A stretch of 64,000 bases of DNA from an uncultured Candidatus Saccharibacteria bacterium (GTDB lineage Bacteria; Patescibacteriota; Minisyncoccia; Phycocordibacterales; JACOZG01), in contig CAZYLF010000002.1 in the NCBI GenBank assembly GCA_964648765.1, forward strand, positions 3,537 to 67,536. Direction: 5' to 3'. Shown here one piece after another: positions 27,901 through 36,720 of the stretch; position 1 is the stretch's first letter, and each line of letters opens with the position of its first letter. Both the position numbers and the translations under genes were made by a program. The notes beneath the pieces are model-generated. The model saw nothing but the letters and a program-made list of their open reading frames with translations. It did not search any database and was not told where the DNA came from.

Positions 27901-29814
27901 CCACCCACTACCTTTAGGAGTCGTAAATATAGTTTCTAGTGTAAGTGCATTTGCTCGAGTTAAACCCAGACGATTCAAGAAATTGTCATCTACAGTCTTG
28001 CAGGCAATTCTCAGCAAGAAGAGAATTCTGTGTAGCAGTCTTTGTTCGATCTTGTAATTAACATTAACCACCCTAATCACTTTGGAAGAGCTTTCGACAG
28101 AAACGACTCGTTCAGGTTCCTTAAGTAATTCTTCTTCAAAAAGATCAAAGAATACTTTTGAATAATCTGAGAGGAGTACTGAGACTAAAACCTCATCTTT
28201 CCAATAATTCTCAACGGAACCATCTTGCACCGTAAATGCAATCAACTTCTTTGCTTTTTCATCACTTGCAAAAAGTTTGTCGGATAGCCAATTTCTAAAG
28301 GCACGTCGAATTGGAAGCGAACTACCTATTTCAGTGTAAAAATTATCGAAGCTGGTAGCAGTGCTAAAGGCCCTCTCGATAATCATATCTAAAGCCCACT
28401 CTTCATATACATCGTGTGTTATGAAGTATCCGCCAGCGTTTGAATCAAATTTGATAATCTCGCTCGCTTCTAGTTTCTGAAGCGCTTCATGATCAGATTC
28501 TCCAGTCCTAACGAAGAATCCTCCCTCATTTGCACGTTGCTTAGCGATCTTCAAAAAAGACTCTTCTCTTCGTCTGTGTAAATTATTTGATTGAAAACCT
28601 GAATTCTGGATCTGCTTCTTCCAAATAATTTCGCGAAAATCAGTATAGCTAATATCTGCCTTCGTCTCAGTATAATCCTGTAAATACTCACTCAGATAAA
28701 GTGGCGTTGAAAGAAGGCTTGCAAGTCTGTCATTTTTAGGAAGCTTGAATTTATGTGTCCTTGCGATTAATTCAATTTCTTCACTGGAAAGATGTGGAAT
28801 ATTCAGGGATGCAAAATTCGCTCCGTAGAATTCTTTTAGTTGGAAACGGAGATCATCAAGATAGTTATGTCGCACTGTAAAAATAACTTTCCAACCATTT
28901 GTGACTAACTCAGACAGAAACATTCTGAACACATCTTGGTCTTCGATTTCTGAAAGTCTTTCAGCCGAGTCAAAGACTACATACTTCTCATTGATATCTT
29001 TATGCTCAGCAATAAATTCTGCTGCAGTGATTTCTCCATAATCCTTGAAAAGTTGGTTTATATGGGAAGCACTTTTAAATTGTGTAACCTTAAAGACGAA
29101 AAAGGGTGTGGAATCCTTTACTGTTTCGTAAAGATCTTTTATTACCGCAGTTTTACCTACCCCTGCACCACCACTTAAAACCACAAGCGGAAAAGTTTGA
29201 GCGGTATCTTTAACACCACCCACAACAGAAGAACGGTCTAGTTTGATTGCACTTTTCCCAAAAGAGATCTCTGAACGGATAGGCTGAAGTACTGAATCAG
29301 TATATTTCTGGAGTTCAATAATGGAGTCGATGATGCCCTTCTTAAGACTAAAGAAATGTTGCGCGATACTAAAGTTCTCTTCGCAAACAAATGGCGATTC
29401 AAAGTAGCTTCCTGTCCGCCATTCGATCTCGACACCTTTTGACTTAGCGTGAGCTTCTATGTCCTTTTTGTATTGAGGATCTGTTTTCTTTTTGTCCTGT
29501 CCAAATTCTTGATTCGTATAGAAAATAATTTTATTTAGCTTCGGATGTCTCTCTTTGCCTTTATCGATGGATTCTTTAAAGTCGGCAGTATGTTGAGAGA
29601 GCGCTGTCGTATAAAATTTCGACTGCCAACCTACAACTAAGCCATTCTGTTCAACAGGATTGGTTTCGATACCAGCATGATTCTTGAACCTAAAAACACC
29701 AATATTTTTATTAAACTCCTTGCAAAATAAAAGATAACAAAGTCGTTCAAAAGCCCCTTGCTTATTACTACTAAATTTCGCACCGAAGTTGTCCCAATTC
29801 ACTTCCTGAATCAT
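24976..29814 (-). CDS. avs4: AVAST type 4 anti-phage STAND ATPase/nuclease Avs4
   Basis: N-terminus NWDNFGAKFS..FE.LCYLLFC.EF..GIETNP..GWQSKFY matches the Avs4 Mrr-like nuclease; Walker A GGAGVGKT; about 1600 aa. Confidence 0.92.
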   Translation of the reverse strand: MIQEVNWDNFGAKFSSNKQGAFERLCYLLFCKEFNKNIGVFRFKNHAGIETNPVEQNGLVVGWQSKFYTTALSQHTADFKESIDKGKERHPKLNKIIFYTNQEFGQDKKKTDPQYKKDIEAHAKSKGVEIEWRTGSYFESPFVCEENFSIAQHFFSLKKGIIDSIIELQKYTDSVLQPIRSEISFGKSAIKLDRSSVVGGVKDTAQTFPLVVLSGGAGVGKTAVIKDLYETVKDSTPFFVFKVTQFKSASHINQLFKDYGEITAAEFIAEHKDINEKYVVFDSAERLSEIEDQDVFRMFLSELVTNGWKVIFTVRHNYLDDLRFQLKEFYGANFASLNIPHLSSEEIELIARTHKFKLPKNDRLASLLSTPLYLSEYLQDYTETKADISYTDFREIIWKKQIQNSGFQSNNLHRRREESFLKIAKQRANEGGFFVRTGESDHEALQKLEASEIIKFDSNAGGYFITHDVYEEWALDMIIERAFSTATSFDNFYTEIGSSLPIRRAFRNWLSDKLFASDEKAKKLIAFTVQDGSVENYWKDEVLVSVLLSDYSKVFFDLFEEELLKEPERVVSVESSSKVIRVVNVNYKIEQRLLHRILFLLRIACKTVDDNFLNRLGLTRANALTLETIFTTPKGSGWSSAIAFVNKHKDRLQLMYMHVILPVLDDWNRSNKQGETTKEASQIALFYYNTLTAKNDFYFSSRDSSKEQLIRTILSGSGEIKEELTEIVDGVIAAQDTSHRTRYYELVKVMLSSIINSTEVARHLPKEIIKLANLFWFYKPREDRHSYSDYRNGIEQYFDLTEGHLEYYPASAFQTPIGTMLQVAPQETVNFILAFTNKSIGYFAKSEFAQYEAEEIDVVVDASGQTIKQYACHRIWNLYRGTQVAPPLLESIHMALEHWLLGIAKTWDPEVVEKWCLYLIKNSRSVSITAVVVSAVLAEPSKLFNIAKILFRTKDFFFFDSSRMYLDMSSAKFTYSMAHDPMGLFKNERLQTCEDKHRNHSLENQALNYQLFANEGEAEEVSKTRQEEVWKILDEYYAKLPNKSKETDGDKTWRLCLARMDRRKMKITTEKKDDQVLISFNPEIDPELRQHSEEAQAKSSEALKYTPLQLWSSHKFERKEEVKNYPQYENDPVLALSETKAILEQLDKDKLEESQFRLFYRSVPSYVCAVLLRDYSDKLSPKDTEFCKKVVLDYASMPLKAGFRYQVGDGLEASVNVLPLLIKKFPKDAEKIKVILLLVLFDSYPIGMSQRVSDYAVAAVLQHLWSESPEDAKAIFHGYLFLKPKFDEISESIREESRKKQKYDFSTISVIKRFKKECKAQINKALSNQLSYTDLQNVAEIDPGILVTAFLLVPLKTSDENHKKFLREICPVLIEAFKNEDKEERLDYMLEHRFLDKFAYFVLYSPKEEIETYVKPFTELIGDFRRRKAVADVLEAFVIAEDSINQYEEFWTVWKVFYPKIVELCSDENHLRYAESVVHKYLLALQWKKGAKEWRSLKDREKTFFKKVSEDMGGNTPVLYALTKLLNDIGSNFVPEGIAWISDLLQKNPDLSRKELEVNTVYYLENLVRSYILKNRQKIKTNPQLKNQILIILDFLLEKASVIAYLLRENIL

Positions 29815-29819
29815 CGTAT

Positions 29820-30983
29820 TTACCGATTTCCTTTTGCTCGATTGTGTGTCTTACACAACATTTCGCAATTTTTAATATCGGTCTTTCCACCCTTACTCCA
29901 GGCCGAGACATGGTCGGCATCCATATCTGCTAGACTCCAAATCTTATCTTTGTTCGCATCGTGACCGATCGCACAATGTGAACAGTTAGAAGTACCTTTC
30001 TTCTTTGCGGCAGCAGTTTGAGCTTCATAGACTGAACGTTTGGTTGAGTCCTCAAATACTCGAACTTCAAGTAGTTTTGTTTCGACCTCTCCTCCTAAAA
30101 CATACTCAAAAATACCTTTGCGATTTTTTACAAAACCGTCGGCATAGAGTTTCTGAACCGTAGCAGATACTTTAGCGGGATTATATTTTTTCTTATGATA
30201 CGTTTGGTAGAGTCTATTCCACTCAAGGCCTTTCATCTCGCTTTCAACTTCAGTAAATGTAGTTGAAATCCAATCAATAACAATTTCGAAATGCTTTTTT
30301 AGCTCGGTAATGTTTTTGTCGTTGCGATGCTTGCTCATGTAACTATCGATATCACCACCAGAAACCCAATCTAAGGCTCGTTCCAAATATGCCTGGCGTT
30401 TAATATCACCTGCAATGTACGCACTCCATTTCTGGACGTTAGCGTTCTGACTGTTACTAAATTCTTCACGCGCAAGTGTGACAAATGGTCCAGAATATAC
30501 CGCATTAAGAATCTCTTGTTCGGTTAAAGGAACTCCCGCAATATTGATAGTCTTAAACCAGTCTTTGATCTCCGGCTCATCACCCTCACATACATATACC
30601 AACAACTTAGTATTCATGATTTGCTCTCGTTGGCTCTCAGCCATGCCGCTGTAGTACTGTTCATGGCCATTCCTATCTTTGACAGCAAACTTTCCTGTCA
30701 CAAAGCGGCCAATACTTGTGATACGCTGCTGACCATCTAACACCTCAAACTTATCTTTGCCAGCTTGATTAAAATAAATTAAACCTATTGGGTAACCTTT
30801 CAAAATTGAGTCAATCACAGCAACGTCACGCTTACCATCAGCATAAATATAATTACGTTGATACTCTGGTTGAATAGTTAATTTTCCAGATAGACCAAAC
30901 AACCCCTTTCCTTCGAGTTCGTTGTAGACGAAGCCGTCGCAAACTTCTCTAATTGTAATGTCATTTTTTAAGGTTGTTTTCAT
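29820..30983 (-). CDS. DUF262 (ParB-like) plus HNH endonuclease
   Basis: [21 protein letters not shown]; C-terminal CSHC..DADH..GG.T..NC.MLC..HN. Confidence 0.9.
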   Translation of the reverse strand: MKTTLKNDITIREVCDGFVYNELEGKGLFGLSGKLTIQPEYQRNYIYADGKRDVAVIDSILKGYPIGLIYFNQAGKDKFEVLDGQQRITSIGRFVTGKFAVKDRNGHEQYYSGMAESQREQIMNTKLLVYVCEGDEPEIKDWFKTINIAGVPLTEQEILNAVYSGPFVTLAREEFSNSQNANVQKWSAYIAGDIKRQAYLERALDWVSGGDIDSYMSKHRNDKNITELKKHFEIVIDWISTTFTEVESEMKGLEWNRLYQTYHKKKYNPAKVSATVQKLYADGFVKNRKGIFEYVLGGEVETKLLEVRVFEDSTKRSVYEAQTAAAKKKGTSNCSHCAIGHDANKDKIWSLADMDADHVSAWSKGGKTDIKNCEMLCKTHNRAKGNR

Positions 30984-30985
30984 AA

Positions 30986-32107
30986 TTATTTTTTCTTATG
31001 TTTGATAAATAACTTTTTAAATGTTTCTTTGCCATTTATATAGGTACTACGTCCGTAAACACCTTCAGGATCCTGACCAATTCCTCGGTTTGCACCAAGT
31101 ATCTCAAACTGCTCAGAAGAATATTTGTCCATAAAACTTATCGGCACGCCAATAACACCACCATAGTCGCTTGGGATCGCATCTACATACGAAACATCAA
31201 TGGCATCGTAATTATCATATTTATCATATGATGTTTTACCCTGCATTTTTTTGTTGAACTTTAAGTTATCTTCCATACTCATTAAGCTGAGTGGTTGATG
31301 TCTTCGCCCATGATCCAAATTAGTGTACCAACGCACACCCTGGACTCTCGTGATATAAACTTTTTTACCTTGTTCATTTACCTTTATTTCACGTACCTGG
31401 TCTAGATTAGCTATCGCCTCAGGTATTTCGTAAAACATAGCTCCACCGTTCACTTTTGCATTATTGCCAAACCATACTTTGTTTGCCTTAATCATAGGAA
31501 AAACTTCTTTGTATGTAATCGCGTTCATATTTCCAATGATCAAAAATTGCTTTTCGTAATCAAAAAGTTGCGTAATGTATTCACGAAATAAACTAAATGG
31601 AGGATTGGTGACTACAATGTCAGACTGTTTGAGTAACTCAACACATTCATCACTTCTAAAATCACCATCGCCCTCAAGCGGAGACCACTCGTTATTTTTG
31701 TTAGCTCTAAGTTGCTTAGCAATATCTTCTAGTGTAAAAGAACCATCGCCATCAACATCACCAACCTCGTTAATAATAAATTTGTTAGCAACAACTTTTG
31801 GTCGCCCTTTGACTGGTTTGAGGGTAACGTCATCGCCGAATAGTGTTATTTGAGTGTTCGCAACTGGAGAGGGTTTGTAACTAGTTGTAATAAGTCTTTT
31901 TAGTCCTAAACGATTAAAATTCAAGACGAAGTAACGAAAAAAGTTACTTTCAAACGGGTCATCACAGTTACTGTAAATTACCTTACCTTTAAAAGTATTC
32001 GGGTTATATTCAAGATATGATTCCACCTCTTTTTGAATATCAGAAAATTGAGTATAAAACTCATCATTTTTTGCTTTTTTTGCGTCTCTTAGATTCTTGT
32101 TTGCCAT
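30986..32107 (-). CDS. EcoRI-family adenine-specific DNA methyltransferase
   Basis: [36 protein letters not shown]. Confidence 0.92.
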   Translation of the reverse strand: MANKNLRDAKKAKNDEFYTQFSDIQKEVESYLEYNPNTFKGKVIYSNCDDPFESNFFRYFVLNFNRLGLKRLITTSYKPSPVANTQITLFGDDVTLKPVKGRPKVVANKFIINEVGDVDGDGSFTLEDIAKQLRANKNNEWSPLEGDGDFRSDECVELLKQSDIVVTNPPFSLFREYITQLFDYEKQFLIIGNMNAITYKEVFPMIKANKVWFGNNAKVNGGAMFYEIPEAIANLDQVREIKVNEQGKKVYITRVQGVRWYTNLDHGRRHQPLSLMSMEDNLKFNKKMQGKTSYDKYDNYDAIDVSYVDAIPSDYGGVIGVPISFMDKYSSEQFEILGANRGIGQDPEGVYGRSTYINGKETFKKLFIKHKKK

Positions 32108-32111
32108 AAAT

Positions 32112-33014
32112 TTATTTCTGTTTGCCAGGGCTATAAACAAACCCTTCTGCAATCTTCCAAACACCTTTCTCTCGGAAAGCTGGGATGTTTTGACGACGAG
32201 CGGCATTAGTTAGCGCAGATGCTGATGCGTGGCTTGTCTTTGCATAATCAGAAAGAGTAACGATCTTCTCGCCCTTAAGATAAGTAATTCTTTTGTGGAG
32301 TGATTCGGTAAGAGAAAGCGCGAGGATCTTTTCCATCTTCTTTGCAGTCTTCTTGTCTCGATATTCAGCAAAGGTGCTGTAATAATCCTTTTTTTCTTTG
32401 TCTCGAATGATAATTCCAGGGAAACCAAGTCTCTGGAGTTGGTAATTTATAAGTACACGACCAATACGACCATTGCCATCACAGAATGGGTGAATAGTTT
32501 CAAATTCAAGGTGGAATTTTGCAATCCTGTCTACAAAAAATGACTTAACATCAGCAACATACTCTGACAAAAGTGCATCAATCATTTTTTCTACTTGTTC
32601 AGGGGCCGGAGCAACGTGTGTACCAACTCTCACATATTCACCGATCTTTCTGAAACGACCGGCAATATCATCTTTAATCCCGCCAATAAGCATTTGGTGG
32701 AGGAATAAAATAACTTCTCTGTTTACTTCAGTTTCTTGAGATTTATTTCTAATGTAAGCAACAACTCGAGCAAGATTCTTAGCCTCGAACACTTCTCGGA
32801 CCGAAACTTCACGAGCTACTTCCATTTCCAAAAGAATCTTTTCCGTCTCCTGGAGAGTAAGGGTTGAGTTTTCGATGGCGTTTGAGTTATAAACCGCCTC
32901 GGCAACCTCCGCCTCATCTACCATAACCAAAAGTGACTCTTTTCCTTTTTTAAGAGCTTCGTATTCGGTCTTGAGGTTTTGGATTCTATTTACGAGGGGT
33001 TTTGTAATTGCCAT
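32112..33014 (-). CDS. Fic family protein with C-terminal HTH
   Basis: HPFCDGNGRIGR; SNAIENS inhibitory-helix motif. Confidence 0.93.
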   Translation of the reverse strand: MAITKPLVNRIQNLKTEYEALKKGKESLLVMVDEAEVAEAVYNSNAIENSTLTLQETEKILLEMEVAREVSVREVFEAKNLARVVAYIRNKSQETEVNREVILFLHQMLIGGIKDDIAGRFRKIGEYVRVGTHVAPAPEQVEKMIDALLSEYVADVKSFFVDRIAKFHLEFETIHPFCDGNGRIGRVLINYQLQRLGFPGIIIRDKEKKDYYSTFAEYRDKKTAKKMEKILALSLTESLHKRITYLKGEKIVTLSDYAKTSHASASALTNAARRQNIPAFREKGVWKIAEGFVYSPGKQK

Positions 33015-33197
33015 ATGTTTTAGTTAATTAACCTTTAATATTATAGGGTTTTCACTACTTCTTGTCAATTTTTAGTGAATGATAGGCTATTTTAGCACCT
33101 TATTCACTAGTTTTTGCTATATAACCCAGTAATCTAAGGTACTTATAAGGTGTGGTAAGGCCTTTACTTTTTTGACTTCTAGGAATAATGTTGCGAC

Positions 33198-33506
33198 ATG
33201 AGTCAATTATTAATATCAGTTGTAGGAGGTCTTCTTGTTATAATCATCGCTGCTATATTCGGCCTTGGTGGGAACACAAAGGTAACTGTCCATGGTGGTG
33301 GAAGGGTTAAGAAGACAGGAAAATGGATAATCATTATCTCGGTAGTGATGTTTTTCATAGGACTTTCCCTATGCAAAAAGAGTGATCCAACTCAGTGGGG
33401 CTTTGATCTAAATATTTCCTCTACTCTCTACGGCGTTACAATCATGCTCTACAGTGGATTATTTTTTGTTGTCGGTAAAATTGTAGCCTGGTTTCAAAGA
33501 CCATAA
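33198..33506 (+). CDS. hypothetical 3-TM membrane protein
   Basis: Three hydrophobic segments. Confidence 0.6.
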   Translation: MSQLLISVVGGLLVIIIAAIFGLGGNTKVTVHGGGRVKKTGKWIIIISVVMFFIGLSLCKKSDPTQWGFDLNISSTLYGVTIMLYSGLFFVVGKIVAWFQRP

Positions 33507-33510
33507 ACTT

Positions 33511-33735
33511 ATGCAGCTCGCAGACAAAGACATCGAGAGTTTTCAGGTGCTGTATAAAACGCATTTCAATAAAGATATTTCGCGTGCAGAGGCAGTAGAA
33601 AAAGGCACCAAGCTCTTAACATTGATGAAAGCTGTTTATAAACCCATGACCAAGGAACAGTTCGATGCTATCCAGAAACGGAGAAAAGATACATTACCAG
33701 CTTTGATTAAAAGACTGGAACAAGATCAACTCTGA
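33511..33735 (+). CDS. small element-associated protein, family B (copy 2)
   Basis: Similar to 24119-24388. Confidence 0.7.
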   Translation: MQLADKDIESFQVLYKTHFNKDISRAEAVEKGTKLLTLMKAVYKPMTKEQFDAIQKRRKDTLPALIKRLEQDQL

Positions 33736-34115
33736 AACTCTACCTCGAACGGATACATTCCCATTCCGCAAGTTCCTTGGAGTGTGCCGAGTTTGCCTTC
33801 ACCAATATCAATATCAGTTGAACCTGTTTGTGGAAGCGATTTGCTTATACCCATACTTGGAATTCGAACTGATGATGAACAGTCAAAGGTTCCTTTAGTG
33901 TTGAATCTGATGATTGTTGGAATACCGGCTTTTGCAATACTCTTTCGGGGTTGATATCCACCCCTCGCAGTTATTTCGATAATCTGCTTTCCGTCTACAA
34001 CGCTAACGTTGTTTGCATTTGCCACCTGTCCAGTGTCACCACCACTTCTGGTGAGCATAAAAGCTCCACCGATGAGGACTACTGCTACAATAATTGAGAT
34101 AATAGTTGCTTTCAT
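33726..34115 (-). CDS. cupredoxin domain protein
   Basis: GGYQP..C....CGMGMY. Confidence 0.88.
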   Translation of the reverse strand: MKATIISIIVAVVLIGGAFMLTRSGGDTGQVANANNVSVVDGKQIIEITARGGYQPRKSIAKAGIPTIIRFNTKGTFDCSSSVRIPSMGISKSLPQTGSTDIDIGEGKLGTLQGTCGMGMYPFEVEFQS

Positions 34116-34128
34116 AATTGGAATTATA

Positions 34129-35160
34129 CTAGAAGTTAAAGACTGGCGGAATAACCCCAATCACGACCAAACTATTAATAAGATTGAAGAGAGCGAACAT
34201 GATCACGATCAGTCCTGCCGTCTTGAAGAAGATACCTGCCTTTGAACTCTTTTGAATACTGAACGAGCTGAAGCTGATGAGAGCCAGGACCGGCAACGTA
34301 CCGAGTGCGAATGCGAGCATGGTAAGTCCTCCGGTGAGAAAACTTCCTGTGGTAAGGGTATAAAGCTGCATCGATTGAGTGAATCCGCATGGCAGGAAGA
34401 AGGTTGCAATACCAACGAGAAGCGGCGTGAGAGTGTGATTGAACTTCGATACACCATGAGCATGCTTGGCGATAAACTTCGGCATTGATGGCTGAAGTTT
34501 CTTGGCCCAGTGAAATGTGTCGAGGAGATTGATACCAAGGATAAGCATGACGATACCAATTATCAAACTCAATACAAATGTTGCAGAAGTGTTGAGTGTG
34601 AACGCCGATCCAATAGCACCTATAACTCCACCCAGGACAAAGAATGAGGCGATTCGTCCGGCATGGAACATGAGCTGAGGTCGAACCTTGTCACCCTCTT
34701 TGGCGAAAGTGGCGGACATCGATAGGACCAGACCACCGACAACTGCCATACAAGTTGAAAGCGATGCGATAATACCGATCACAAATGCGGTCCCGTAAGT
34801 TACGTTGCCTGCACTGACAAGATTTACAATTCCCATTTTCTGCAGCACTACGAAGAGCACCGCGAAGCCTAGTGCGATCGGGACGGCAATCTTGAAGTCT
34901 CCCCATTTGGCATTGTGCTGCTGTTTTTCAACCGAGACAGTATAGCCATGAGGTTTGAGCGGTATGGTGAGTTCCTCTGCAATCTGCTCCGGTGTCTTAC
35001 CACCAAAGTCTCCGGTGACTTCCATTGAATGGTGCTTTAGACTTAATTTAACATGGGTGACATTTGGCAAATCTCCAATCTCGCTTTCGGTCATAAGTAC
35101 ACATGCGTTGCAGTGCATTCCATGTACGTGAAAGGTGTATTTTTGTGTTTGTGTAGTCAT
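34129..35160 (-). CDS. HMA domain plus DsbD_2/TauE-like membrane protein
   Basis: GMHCNAC; STCMAVVGG; FFLPCGFTQSMQ; FALGTLP. Confidence 0.88.
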   Translation of the reverse strand: MTTQTQKYTFHVHGMHCNACVLMTESEIGDLPNVTHVKLSLKHHSMEVTGDFGGKTPEQIAEELTIPLKPHGYTVSVEKQQHNAKWGDFKIAVPIALGFAVLFVVLQKMGIVNLVSAGNVTYGTAFVIGIIASLSTCMAVVGGLVLSMSATFAKEGDKVRPQLMFHAGRIASFFVLGGVIGAIGSAFTLNTSATFVLSLIIGIVMLILGINLLDTFHWAKKLQPSMPKFIAKHAHGVSKFNHTLTPLLVGIATFFLPCGFTQSMQLYTLTTGSFLTGGLTMLAFALGTLPVLALISFSSFSIQKSSKAGIFFKTAGLIVIMFALFNLINSLVVIGVIPPVFNF

Positions 35161-35174
35161 TGGTAATTTCAGTC

Positions 35175-35390
35175 TTATCTCTGCTCTCTTTCAAGTTGTC
35201 GACGATAGAGAGCGCATACACCGGCTGAGATCGAGATGAGCGTGAGAACGATGGCATCATTGATGCAGTGCTGATACGTAAAGCCCCAGATAGTTCCGCC
35301 TTCGCCTGCAAGCCATGCGCCGATAAGCGCTAGTGCTCCCCAGATTGCCGTTGCGATTGATACTCCATGGATAAATGATGATTTTTTCAT
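35175..35390 (-). CDS. small 2-TM membrane protein
   Basis: In copper operon; hydrophobic. Confidence 0.65.
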   Translation of the reverse strand: MKKSSFIHGVSIATAIWGALALIGAWLAGEGGTIWGFTYQHCINDAIVLTLISISAGVCALYRRQLEREQR

Positions 35391-35420
35391 AAGATTTATG
35401 TTAATTATTTTTAAATAAGT

Positions 35421-36062
35421 TTACTTGTACCACTGAACATACCAAGACTGCATCTGCTGAATCTCCTTTGATTGTGAGGAGATAATGTTCTTTGCGAGCT
35501 GCTGCATTTCAGGACGATTTGTACCTGACTGAAGCATGTTCGCCATCATGATCGCCAACTGGTGATGCGGAATCATTTCCTCGATAAATGCCTTGTCAAA
35601 ATCAGAGGCGTTTTCTAGTGCTGTCATATCCTCCTGTCCACCCATGTGCATTCCATATCCAGACATCATGCCGCCACCCATCATTCCTGTGCTTACCTTT
35701 GGCACAGCGCTTCCGAACCAATCCTGGTACCAGCCATTCATACTTTGAATCTCCGTTGTCTGAGCTGCAATAATGGCCGTTGCTAGAGTTTTAATTTCAG
35801 GATGCTTTGCTTTTTGAAGCGCAAGGTTTGCCATGGCGATAGCTCCCTCATGGTGAGGAATCATCTGCTCGATAAAGTGTTTGTCGATGGTGCTGGCGAC
35901 TTGGTTATTTCCAGGCACTCTTTGGTCATACGATGAGTTATTTCGCCAGTTCATCATTCCGTAGCCTCCATATCGAAACATCGGAGTGAGCACTGAAACA
36001 AGAAGAATTCCAATAACTATTCCTCCTATTCCATATAATATTTTGTTGTTTTGATTGTTCAT
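35421..36062 (-). CDS. DUF305 (CopM-like) metal-binding protein
   Basis: Two MIPHH..AI.MA repeats; Met/Gly-rich linker. Confidence 0.9.
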   Translation of the reverse strand: MNNQNNKILYGIGGIVIGILLVSVLTPMFRYGGYGMMNWRNNSSYDQRVPGNNQVASTIDKHFIEQMIPHHEGAIAMANLALQKAKHPEIKTLATAIIAAQTTEIQSMNGWYQDWFGSAVPKVSTGMMGGGMMSGYGMHMGGQEDMTALENASDFDKAFIEEMIPHHQLAIMMANMLQSGTNRPEMQQLAKNIISSQSKEIQQMQSWYVQWYK

Positions 36063-36085
36063 ATTTTTGTAGTTAGATTAATAAG

Positions 36086-36286
36086 TTACTCTCCGGCGTA
36101 CTTCACAGGATCGGCTGTGAAATGATTCTTGCAGTGGATAGCGCAAAAGTAATAGGTTTTACCTTTGTAGTCTGCGCTTGCCTTAATACTGTCTGCATCA
36201 AGTTCCATTCCGCAGACCAAGTCGAAAGCAACTGCCGGATCAAGATTTTTATACTTTTTATTGCCTTTAAGCTTTTTTGTTTGCAT
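36086..36286 (-). CDS. YHS domain protein
   Basis: DLVCGM..YKGKTYYFC..C...F...P.KY. Confidence 0.88.
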   Translation of the reverse strand: MQTKKLKGNKKYKNLDPAVAFDLVCGMELDADSIKASADYKGKTYYFCAIHCKNHFTADPVKYAGE

Positions 36287-36720
36287 AGATTTTTGAGATT
36301 AGAAATAGTAATAGAAGCTCTATGCAAAGAGGGGCTGTTTTCAAATAATGAAAGCCAACGGGTAATTTTCCGAGGACGACTAAGTTGCCGTTCTGGATCA
36401 AGTCGTACTCGACATAATATCCGACTGGCTAGGATAGAATCTCGATGTTTTATGTAAAGGAATCCTAGGCTGAGAAATACAGCAAATAGAAGCGCGAGTA
36501 AGAAAATAAATGGAACTGATGGGACCACGCTGAAGAACGATATGAATGCTTGGATGTGATGGACCGACATTGCCGCAATGTTTTCCGGACATGGTGTATT
36601 GTCTACGGCCGATGCAATACAACCAGTGGCATGATTAGCCCCATGACTCATTGAGGTAAAACCGAACACCCCTATTACCAGGACACTTGTGATTATTAGT
36701 AATGAGAGGAGTTTTTTCAT
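36103..36720 (-). CDS. hypothetical membrane protein of the copper cluster (C-terminal tail overlaps YHS gene)
   Basis: Coupled to the copA stop; signal peptide, His/Cys/Met, TM. Confidence 0.55.
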   Translation of the reverse strand: MKKLLSLLIITSVLVIGVFGFTSMSHGANHATGCIASAVDNTPCPENIAAMSVHHIQAFISFFSVVPSVPFIFLLALLFAVFLSLGFLYIKHRDSILASRILCRVRLDPERQLSRPRKITRWLSLFENSPSLHRASITISNLKNLCKQKSLKAIKSIKILIRQLLSTWSAEWNLMQTVLRQAQTTKVKPITFALSTARIISQPIL

